From Botryllus schlosseri (lineage: Eukaryota): a stretch of DNA of 64,000 bases. This document shows, in pieces, positions 34,494 to 43,790 of this stretch. The position numbers and the translations under genes were made by a program. How positions within the stretch are numbered: position 1 is the stretch's first letter; every line of letters begins with the position of its first letter. Where the stretch lies: NCBI GenBank assembly GCA_051294905.1, contig CM119378.1, positions 15,438,001 through 15,502,000 of the forward strand. The letters run 5' to 3'. The notes beneath the pieces were generated by a model that saw only the letters and a list, made by a program, of their open reading frames with translations, made no database searches and was not told the DNA's origin.

Positions 34494-36758
34494 TCAAGCC
34501 TCTTGGTAAAATTTCTTCATGTCCTCCATGCTCTTGTGCGGCCAATAAGGATATTTCTGGTAATCGGGTCTTCGCTGTGGGAAGTGCTCCATCACGTCAT
34601 CCACCGTCAGCTGTTCCACCGCTGGCAGATTCAACAGTCTGTTTAGGTCGATGCTCATTTGCGCTATTCTAGCATCGCAATCGGCGACAAATTTCGCTAC
34701 TGTTTCGCTGTCAGCTTTGGCCTTCTCGGCGAGTTGGGCTGACTTGGTATCTACCGGCTCAGGTACCTGCAACAAACAAGAAAAATGCTAAATACACTAC
34801 ATTTGAAATTTTTATTGAACCTTATTCATCCACGCACCATGAACATGTGACACGTTAGCATGTATTTATGAAGGATGTGAGTTAAGTTATGGGCTACGCG
34901 GAACAGTCATTCTTCATTGTGTGGGGAACAAATGATACACTTGGTCTACTTATAAATTTGAATACAATGTCTAATATGCAACTAATTGAATACCAGATTG
35001 GATAAAATTGAACACCCTCGAATGGCTTTGAAAGCACCTGACGGGATGCGATAGTAGCTTTCAATTGGGACAGGTTAAATTCAATATAGCGCTCGGGTCA
35101 CCATAGCACACCAAGCATTAATTAAAATGCAACCGACCGTATTCAACAGTGATCATAGCAATCAAAAATTAACAGTTTGTTGGTTGAATATTTCAAAGTA
35201 AAGCAAACACAGGTCTTATTGAGGGCCTTCATTCTTGTTTCAAAGGCAAGTGCACATTTCAGCAATAGGTGTGTTCCAATAAATCTGGACCCTCGAACAG
35301 TCGGCAGATCGATAGACTTGACCAACGGTACAATCGACATGATGAAAGGGAAGGCGAAGGACGTAGTTTATTTTTGTCCTTGATGTTTTTGCGGCATATG
35401 CATATCATGAGTACATGATGTGCATATGCCGCTGGACAAGAAAGGTGCAGATATAGCCTTGTACGGCTTTCTAAGTCTTGCACCACCCCTCCATGCTATC
35501 CCAGTATTGCATGAGCGCCAAGCAGGGAAGCCATGGATACCAGTGTTACTAATCACGTAATCAGGTCTTTGGTTTGACCCGCCCGGGGATCGAACCCACG
35601 ACCTACCGATCAAGAAGCCGGTCGCTTAACCATTATGCTGTCTTGTCAGTAAACATTATTTGTAGGCAAGGAGTTTGGCGATGTTAATTTATATGCACCG
35701 CTATCGGCACGAGACTGCAGTTCAAGACTGGAATGTTGCACGTTTTCAAGTGGGCTCCTCCTCGAAGGACAAATAAAAGGAACAGCATAGACAGGACGAA
35801 CACTATTACATCGGACATTATTGCTACATTATACCAGTATATGCCTATGTAAATATTAGATGCTTGGATCAATGGAATAAGCTTGTTTCAAAATCCTCAT
35901 ATCAGTTCATTTTAACACATTGAATACTGGTAACCCTCGAGTCTTGAGAAGATCAAAATAATTATTATTCAAAGCGGGTTTCCAACCTTCTTTACATAGT
36001 GGTTCCTTTGAAAATTACAAAGAAACAATATTTTATTTGAAAACTGGCTTATCTTATACTATACCGTAGATTGTAGAACATACAACACACAACAAAAGTA
36101 CATGATAGTGCATTAATTAGTTATTAACTATATATTTTAATATTAATATTTTGATGGCTGAGCTTCTTTTTACTCTGGCAATATCTCAATTGGCGGAGGA
36201 GCTGTGGAGGGAAGATAGTAAATTCAAGATAAGCAAGTAGCTTATTGCTGTACTATTGGTTTTTTAATAAACTTTTTTGTTACAGTTGAGTAGGCCTAAA
36301 TTTACCGACAAGTTTTTTCGATACCCACTTGAAAAAGGCTCATGGGTCCTAGGTTGGGAGCTCGTGATTGAAGGTGACGTCATTAAAAAACAGAATTACA
36401 CTAAGTCACTAGCAACATCAACATCAGTGAGATTTTGGTTTCATAGCTAATGCATTTTTGTAGAAGTCTGTAAGGAATCTGATACTCAGATTGGTCGGAT
36501 ATAGGCATATGAGCAATAAATGTTTACCTTGTAGGATTCGAATTTCTTCTTGAAATCTGTAACCAAAGCTGTATCTGCAACAGAAGTCTCGTAGTGTTGC
36601 CAGTTAACGGCCACTTCTTGTTGCTTGGCCTTCAGATTCGCCGCCAAGATGTTGTCGCTCTTATTTTTGAATGCTAGAATCTTGGCTCGATTCTGGTTGG
36701 TAGTCCTTTGAAGGAGTTGACTCCAGTCAACGACCTTGGCGACCTGTTTAGCTGCCAT
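34494..36758 (-). CDS. ATP5PD: Mitochondrial ATP synthase subunit d, 167 aa; exons 36758-36528 and 34766-34494
   Basis: MAAKQVAKVVDWSQL...VNWQHYETSVADTALVTDFKKKFESYK|VPEPVD...EQLTVDDVMEHFP..KYPYWPHK aligns with subunit d (DW motif, FEKKFNALKVPVP, KYPYWPH). Phase-0 GT-AG intron (AAG|GTAAAC ... TTGCAG|GTA). A possible upstream in-frame ATG lies at 36857. Confidence 0.95.
35365..35648 (-). mobile_element. tRNA-derived SINE with V-domain-like body, in the ATP5PD intron
   Basis: Minus strand A-box-like CAGCATAATGG and B box GGGTTCGATCCCC, then GGGTCAAACCAAAGAC..GGTATCCATGGCTTCCCTGCTTGGCGCTCA (resembles the V-SINE domain as remembered), a 3' hairpin and an A-rich end. Confidence 0.75.
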
Positions 36759-37112
36759 TTCGTTTATACGAAGTACCGGTATCGAAACGAATGAAGATGT
36801 TCCGGCAAACTCAGTCAGTCGACGCAAAGTTCTAGTGGTGCAGAGAGTTCTTGCCATAAAATTCCTGCGTTAAAAGTCTAGCAAAATTTTATGTGATGGT
36901 TAATTCTGGAAAAAGTACATTAGTATTCATTATTTATAACAACTTCGTAGTCATATTTTTCTTATAGACCTACACTTTAATATGCAATTGTGTCCCGTAA
37001 CGATATTTCTATTAGAATCGAGTAAAAATATGACATGACATTTCAAAAACATATCATGCATGAAGGATATGACCTATGAACTACGTCAGTGTTTATATAG
37101 CTCAGTGTTCTC

Positions 37113-39402
37113 CAGTAGTCCTCAACCGCCGGTCCGCGACGACATTCCTGCCGGTCCGCCAGGAATATTACAATTTTATATTTCAATTTCAAAATGCAAT
37201 GTTGAAGGCTTGTCCATTGATAAAATAAATAAAACATCAAATTTCAAACTGATTCAAAACTTCGTGAGGTAACTTTAGGGCTGGAGACATGTTTGGTTTG
37301 ACTTAAAGTTCAAGACGTTTCATTTGACGACATGCAAGCGACATGTACATAACAGATACGAGTTCACTCATCACTTAACAGCGCAGTTTGATCATTGGTT
37401 TTCAATTCATTCATTTTGTGCAGGACCGTAACTGGGGCACCCCAAACGGCCCAATCGGAGAGGGGCCGAACTTGAAAACGGCCCAAAATTATGTCGCAAA
37501 TGAACATTAATCATGGTGTATTTATTTGAAACAATTCCAACATCTTTCAATTTCTTTTCGGCCTTTGCACGATTTAGTGTCCCTACATGTCTTGCTTATT
37601 AGGTGCCCTTCTCCGAAAAATACGTATGATTTATAGGGATTTCGGCGTCAGCAATTACCGCGCCACGACGTACCAAGACATAGTGAAGTTTAGGTTGACA
37701 TGGGACTCCGAAAGATGGGCCAAAAATTCGACCGCGAGAAAACCGCTTCTGTCGTGAATGATCGAAACTTTTCGCTATTGTCGCGATAAGCTACGTAAGC
37801 TCTCTGCTTACGCTGAGTAGAATGGAGGTGATCACAAGTTCAGGTGAAAACATTCACCCAAGTGTAAGGTCTAAGTGCGAAGCCCTCGGAAGTTTGGCTT
37901 ATCGCCCTGTGAGGTCCCCAAGAAAGAACACCGTTTTTGGGGGTGGGCTGACGAAGTGCTTTTTCGGCCCGGTATAGCTGCTGTAATGCGTTTTCTTGCG
38001 GCACGCATTGTATTCGTAGTTGCCAGAGTAGCCTGCGTCTGGTGGCAGTGGGCAATGAGCAAGGTAGCACGACAAGGTGCTTGGTGAGACTCCGATATGC
38101 TTCTTCTCTCGATATTGTCAAAGAGAAGAATATTATTGGAGTCAGCGTGGCCAGTTAACTCACGGCCTTCAGCGCGAAAGACTGTAAACGACTCTTGGCG
38201 GTTGCACATCTATCTGGACAAGGCAATTTGACCTCGACTCGGCAGACTCACAACCATAAAATCCCATGGATGCCATCATGAATTATAATTAAATACGATT
38301 AGAACTAGGGATGGTGTGAGGTTCACACGTTCGCGTTCTGTGTGTGATCCTCAGAAATTTAGAGGTTCACGTTCACAGACGAACCTTGGTAGGTTCTGCA
38401 CTGTGAACCTTTTTCATATATTACAATTTTCACTTCATTATGACATCTTTAGTTAGAATTTATTGCATTTCAACTGCGGGCCACTCTATGCATGGCGCTG
38501 ACAGCACAAAAAAATCAAAACTAAACGAGCATGCACCTTTACAATCTCAAAATATTTAGTTGCTTTTTTACAAAAGTTTGCTCGAAATATCCAGTTTTCC
38601 GTTTGTGAATATTTAGCGACTCTCTGCTGTGTTCTTGACCCGCTATCACACAAGATCAAGAGCGAAATACAGTACATGTAGTCAGCGAATGATGCTTATT
38701 CAACCAATCAACGAAATTGATATCGTTGACTGATGTAAAATATCTATAGCAGGCCTAGGGGTTCAATCTTAACTTCATATATTTATTGTATCATAAAAAC
38801 CAAATCCGTGCGCTTGGGGTGTTGGCTACTATCGTTAGCAAGTATAGAAACTCGTTTTACACTCTGCTCAATATCAACGTAGCAGTACTGAGACGCCGAA
38901 TACATTGTCCGGTCTGGCCTAGACCCTTAAGGTGTAAGTTTATATTCCCTTGCAAATCCTCATCGAATTTGTTGGCAAAACGACAGAAGATATGGATTTT
39001 ATGGGATTATCATTTAATTGCCCCGGTTGATACATTTGGCGACGTTTAAAACGTCAATATGTACTTCAGCATTGTGGCATTACGTTACTCGAGTCGTCGC
39101 TAGCTATCGTATACATTAACATAGGCTATCATTTCACTGAAATGTATGGTTAGAAGTAACAATAACACGTCACGTGACGTCATGAGGTTCATGTTCGCGT
39201 TCACACGAACCTGAACCTTTCAGAGGTTCACACCATCCCTAACAAAAACCTCCAAATGCCACTCTCTAGCACCATACAATTGCAAAAAAACGGTTGCATA
39301 CTTTACATTTTGGCTTAATTTCAATTTTGAAAGTTTAACGGTCCGCCAGACATTTTTTGAGATTTTACCGGTCCGCGAGGCTAAAAAGGTTGAGAACCAC
39401 TG
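37113..39402. mobile_element. Charlie-like hAT element (2290 bp) with nested insertions
   Basis: TIRs CAGTAGTCCTCAACC / GGTTGAGAACCACTG with subterminal CCGGTCCGCG motifs at both ends. It interrupts CAGTGTTCTC|AACCATTTTT, the terminus of a related MITE. Confidence 0.75.
38306..39241. mobile_element. hAT-type MITE (936 bp) with GGTTCAC/GAACC subterminal arrays
   Basis: 14-bp perfect TIR TAGGGATGGTGTGA / TCACACCATCCCTA; the flanking 8-mers are only partly matched (ATTAGAAC / ACAAAAAC). Confidence 0.8.
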
Positions 39403-39470
39403 TTCTCAACCATTTTTGTCTTCGCGGACCCTTTTTGTACCGTCACGGACCGCCGAAGATTTAGTTCAAT

Positions 39471-39510
39471 CATAGCAATTTACAACGTAGCTACGTTGTA
39501 AATTGCTATG
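39471..39510. mobile_element. 40-bp perfect palindrome with 7-bp TSD (probable transposon excision footprint)
   Basis: CATAGCAATTTACAACGTAGCTACGTTGTAAATTGCTATG flanked by GTTCAAT at 39464-39470 and 39511-39517. Confidence 0.85.
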
Positions 39511-39636
39511 GTTCAATTTTAGCCAATGACATATATCATTGATTTTAGCTATATCATCGTGCAACCGTTATCTATCCTGGGCTAATATCAACTGTAGGCT
39601 AGTGATAAACAGCATCAAAATGACCATTCTTTAAAG

Positions 39637-39720
39637 CAGAGGTCTCAAACACGCGGCCCGCGGGTCGCATGCGGCCCGCTAGAGCATTTTGAGCGGCCCG
39701 CGACGACATTTCAGATTTTT
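39637..39720 (+). mobile_element. Left end of a Charlie-like hAT MITE
   Basis: CAGAGGTCTCAAACACGCGGCCCGCGGGTCGCATGCGGCCCG is a typical Charlie-type terminus with GCGGCCCG repeats; no right end was found. Confidence 0.6.
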
Positions 39721-40238
39721 AATAATTTGACAATATTAAGTGTCACATATATCTTTTCAGGTTATAAAGTCAAAATTCTCTCTCAAATTGTTCCGAAAGC
39801 CTGAAACTATTCATCAAACTTCACTATCACATCTATTGCAAACGCTACCATGCAGGGGAAGATTCACTATTTCGCCACATTTCCAATTCATGATGACAAA
39901 ACCTGACCCTTAGACGATTTGTGGCGGAAATGTGTGAGTTGGACTTGGACGCAACCTTTCTTAGAATTACTCAGACTCGGGCTAACTCGATGGCAAAATG
40001 AAAATGACTCGAGTGGACTCGGAGTGACTCGGAATGCCGTGGATTTGTTAGAACCATGGACGCAACAAACTAATCGTGTATCAGGGGAATAGTAATAGAT
40101 CGAAAGGTCGTAGCTTGGTATTTCGCTATAACTAAGCAAGTAGCCTAGTTATGGAAACCATTGGCAATCTGTTAGTTGCATCTTTGGTCGCTAAACCATG
40201 TTATTAAGGCAACTTCAAGGTACCGAGTACCGTATAGT

Positions 40239-40279
40239 CATAGCAATTTACAACGTTTTTTACGTTGTAAATTGCTATG
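40239..40279. mobile_element. 41-bp palindrome with 7-bp TSD, same arms as 39471-39510
   Basis: CATAGCAATTTACAACGT-TTTTT-ACGTTGTAAATTGCTATG flanked by GTATAGT at 40232-40238 and 40280-40286. Confidence 0.85.
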
Positions 40280-40371
40280 GTATAGTGGTAGGCTACTCTC
40301 CAACGATATAACAACAATGGGCCGTTCGGCGTTCCGACATTTCAATCAATTTTCGACAATTCTAATTTTCA

Positions 40372-40642
40372 CAATTAGAAATAAAACAATTTCTAATGAA
40401 TAAATACTAGTCCGCCCTCAAGTTTACCGGACCACGACTTGACATATCGGTCTCGCCTTCCGTCGCATGCCTCATTTTATCGCTTAATTGTCTTTTTGTA
40501 TTATCTTCTTTTACTTTTCATTCAGTGCGCAATGTACAATTGTGCATGACTCCTCTTTACACCGTCTGGCCCGAGTGGGTGCCCTAAACTACTTCAAGTC
40601 GTTTCGTCGCCGTCCTATCTTTTCATTGTATCGCAGTCTTGC
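40372..40642 (+). mobile_element. LINE 3' end (same family as the 19.7-22.2 kb cluster)
   Basis: ..AAACAATTTCTAATGAATAAATACTAGTCCGCCCTCAAGTTTACCGGACCACGAC..CTATCTTTTCATTGTATCGCAGTCTTG matches the cluster copies. Confidence 0.85.
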
Positions 40643-41003
40643 GGTGTTTTGAATCGATGAACTGAGCTTAGCTGAAGTGTGACTGAACTACCTGTTATGC
40701 TGATGTGAAACCGGTAGATGTCGTCAAAGGTGTACGATTTGTCTCGACATCGTTGTGGTCATTGTCACTTCAGCTATATTATTGTTCGGTGAGGGTTTGT
40801 TTTGGGACGTTGTTATTCGCATGCGCATAAAGCTGTATTAGCTGCTAGGGTTATGTGCCAAAGTGCCAATGTGCCAAAGTCTTTTCTTGCTTTTTTATTA
40901 TGCTTTATCATGCACGTTGAAATAAAATCACTAAAGAAAGTATCATGTATTTATGATGGTGTTATCCCTGTGCTAATTAACAACTAGGTGCAGAGATAGT
41001 GTA

Positions 41004-42539
41004 ATGATGCGTTGGTTATATCAAGGCCTGTTGAGTTCTTCGCGTCGTGTTATTTCCCCGTATCGTCGAGGATTTTCGGTTACTGCATCACACCAAGCCA
41101 GATTTGTTGATGACGCGACGGAAGCCGTTCGTGATATCAAAGATGGGTCGAAGCTATTGGTTGGTGGATTCGGATTATGTGGGATACCCGAGAATTTGAT
41201 AGGAGGTTTGCTGAATACTAAAGTGAAGGATTTGACAGTGGTGAGCAACAATGCTGGAGTGGATAACTTCGGACTTGGATTGCTTCTGCAAACGAAACAA
41301 ATCAAAAGAATGATATCATCGTATGTTGGCGAGAACGCAGAATTCGAAAGACAGTTTCTTTCTGGCGAGTTAGAAGTAGAACTAACTCCTCAAGGTACTC
41401 TTGCCGAGCGGATCCGTGCTGGAGGAGCTGGGATACCTGCGTTTTTCACTCCTACTGGTTACGGCACACTGATCCACAAAGGCGGTGCGCCGATCAAATA
41501 CGGAAGCGACGGATCTATCGTAGAAGCTAGCGCGGCTAAAGAAAGCCGAGAATTCAACGGTCATAATTATGTGATGGAAGCAGGAATCACGGGAGACTAC
41601 GCGCTGATAAAAGCATGGAAAGCTGATACTGCCGGTAATTTGATTTTCAGAAAAACGGCACGTAATTTCAACCCGCCGATGTGTAAAGCCGCCAATATCA
41701 CCATCGCAGAAGTGGAAGAGATAGTAGAGGCGGGAACAATCCCTCCGGAAGACGTACAAGTGCCCGGAGTTTTCGTACACCGCGTGATCAAGGCAGAAAA
41801 ATACGAGAAACGAATCGAAAGACTAACCACCCGCATCGTCGACTCAAAATCAAGCGACAAGCCGTTGAGTGAATCGGCGAAACTGCGGCAGAGAATAATA
41901 CGCCGTGCCGCACTTGAATTCAAGGACGGCATGTATGCAAACCTTGGCATTGGTATGCCGATGTTAGCGAGTAACTACATTCCCGAAGGCATAACAATAA
42001 AGTTACAAAGTGAGAATGGCGTATTGGGACTTGGTCCATTTCCATTGATGGGGGAACAAGACCCAGACCTTATCAATGCCGGAAAGGAAACGGTAACTGT
42101 ACTCCCGGGCTCTTCATATTTTTCTAGCGACGAAAGTTTTGCGATGATTCGCGGAGGTCACATTGATGTCACCATCCTCGGAGCTATGCAGGTTTCGAAA
42201 TTTGGGGATTTAGCCAATTGGATGATCCCTGGTAAAATGGTTAAAGGCATGGGCGGCGCTATGGACTTGGTGGGCAGCCCGAAAACTAAAGTTGTGGTCA
42301 CGATGGAACACAATGCTAAAAATGGTTCCGCCAAAATACTGGACGAATGCTCTCTTCCGCTAACAGGGGTACGTTGTGTTGATACCATCATCACAGAGAA
42401 ATGTGTTTTCGATGTTGATAAAGAAGTCGGTCTTAAACTGGTAGAAATCGCAGATTCCTTATCAGTCAAAGACATTGAAGAATGTACTGCCTGTTCTTTT
42501 GTGGTCAGCGATGATTTAAAACCCATGGGTCAAGTTTAA
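41004..42539 (+). CDS. OXCT1: Mitochondrial succinyl-CoA:3-ketoacid CoA transferase (SCOT), 511 aa, intronless
   Basis: R/S/L-rich transit peptide; [60 protein letters not shown], catalytic [24 protein letters not shown]. Both CoA-transferase domains are in one ORF. Confidence 0.97.
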   Translation: MMRWLYQGLLSSSRRVISPYRRGFSVTASHQARFVDDATEAVRDIKDGSKLLVGGFGLCGIPENLIGGLLNTKVKDLTVVSNNAGVDNFGLGLLLQTKQIKRMISSYVGENAEFERQFLSGELEVELTPQGTLAERIRAGGAGIPAFFTPTGYGTLIHKGGAPIKYGSDGSIVEASAAKESREFNGHNYVMEAGITGDYALIKAWKADTAGNLIFRKTARNFNPPMCKAANITIAEVEEIVEAGTIPPEDVQVPGVFVHRVIKAEKYEKRIERLTTRIVDSKSSDKPLSESAKLRQRIIRRAALEFKDGMYANLGIGMPMLASNYIPEGITIKLQSENGVLGLGPFPLMGEQDPDLINAGKETVTVLPGSSYFSSDESFAMIRGGHIDVTILGAMQVSKFGDLANWMIPGKMVKGMGGAMDLVGSPKTKVVVTMEHNAKNGSAKILDECSLPLTGVRCVDTIITEKCVFDVDKEVGLKLVEIADSLSVKDIEECTACSFVVSDDLKPMGQV

Positions 42540-43790
42540 ATGTTCGATATGTTGGTTTTGCACCTACTTTTTTAATGACAATATTGCCAAAATATCATGT
42601 TACATGTTGATGAACCAATCGTTCCGTGTTTCCAAAAATTATTGGAAGACCGTCCAATATCTGCACCATGTGGGCGAATTCAATCCTTTTCAGGACATTC
42701 AACTTAGCGCAAAAAAGGTGGCACTGCTGGCACATCTTAGGAGCCGTGTCGGAATGCTTCTGTAGGTACTAAAGATTTGTCATATCCGTACTTAAATGGG
42801 AGTTGGCATTTGTGAATATAGTTGTACAGTGATTGATTACTAAGTTTGTTCCTGTATGCATTTTGTTGTGGGATTAAGATTTTTGAATTCTTGAATCAAG
42901 GTTGATTTGGTTTGTTTGGAAATGATCCTGGTGCGTTTTTGTCAACTATTTGTTACATATTCAGATTGAGTTTGGATTTTAGTGTATTGATAAAAGATGT
43001 GTAATGATAAGAATTGAGCTTGGTGACTATGGTCGTATGGAGTAGGCCTAATACTTCGATTCAGTGGGAATTGCCGACCAAATCCTGAGTTCATTGGGAT
43101 CATCTCTTGTTAATATTGATTGAGCCGATATACCAAAGAATGGTGGATATATTTGAATGTATCTTGGATCTATCTGGTTTACGAGTGCCGAATGAGGTTT
43201 TCGTTGCAATAGGACACTACAACTTTCTATTGCATCAAATTAGGATAAGCAGCCCATACGGGTATCAATTTTGTGATTTTTTTGGGAGTAAAATTCAGCT
43301 TGCCAAGTGCGTGTGTGTTCAACAGATGGCCTATTTAGTTAAGGATTTTTAAAATACACTATTTCTCATGCTCATCTTTGAGACACTTGGAATAGAATTA
43401 AGCTACCATGACACTATTTTTATATCAATTAGGATCTTGGCATGCAAGTTTCTCAACTGAGTCACTAATGGTCGATTACCCCTTAGTTTCTGTCACAACA
43501 ATCAAATTGTTGGTCTTGCACACTTTTGCTTATTGAGATCGATCACAGTGTGTCGTATTGGTGAGTCATATTATGACACGATGCCTGTGAAACTACACTC
43601 TCGTGTGAATTTGCTCTAAACTATTGCCTGAATTATGAATTTTAGATCTAGGGAATGCAGAAATTTATTCCTTACTCCTAAATCTACGTTAATATAATGT
43701 GAACTACTTGTCAAACTGGATATGAGGCAAATATTCTCAATGCGGGAGTCGCAGACGTCTGATCTCCTCGTAAGAAGATCGTTTCATAGA

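Noticed and set aside
4697-39182. General enrichment of CRE palindromes (TGACGTCA at 4697, 22241, 36375, 39175)
   Set aside because: Four sites in 64 kb is only modestly above chance and two are in transposon-like DNA; not reportable as a pattern.
43722-43790. Upstream in-frame ATG as the KIAA0319-like start
   Set aside because: It would put 23 polar/basic residues ahead of a well-formed signal peptide starting at 43791; it cannot be excluded without 5' data.
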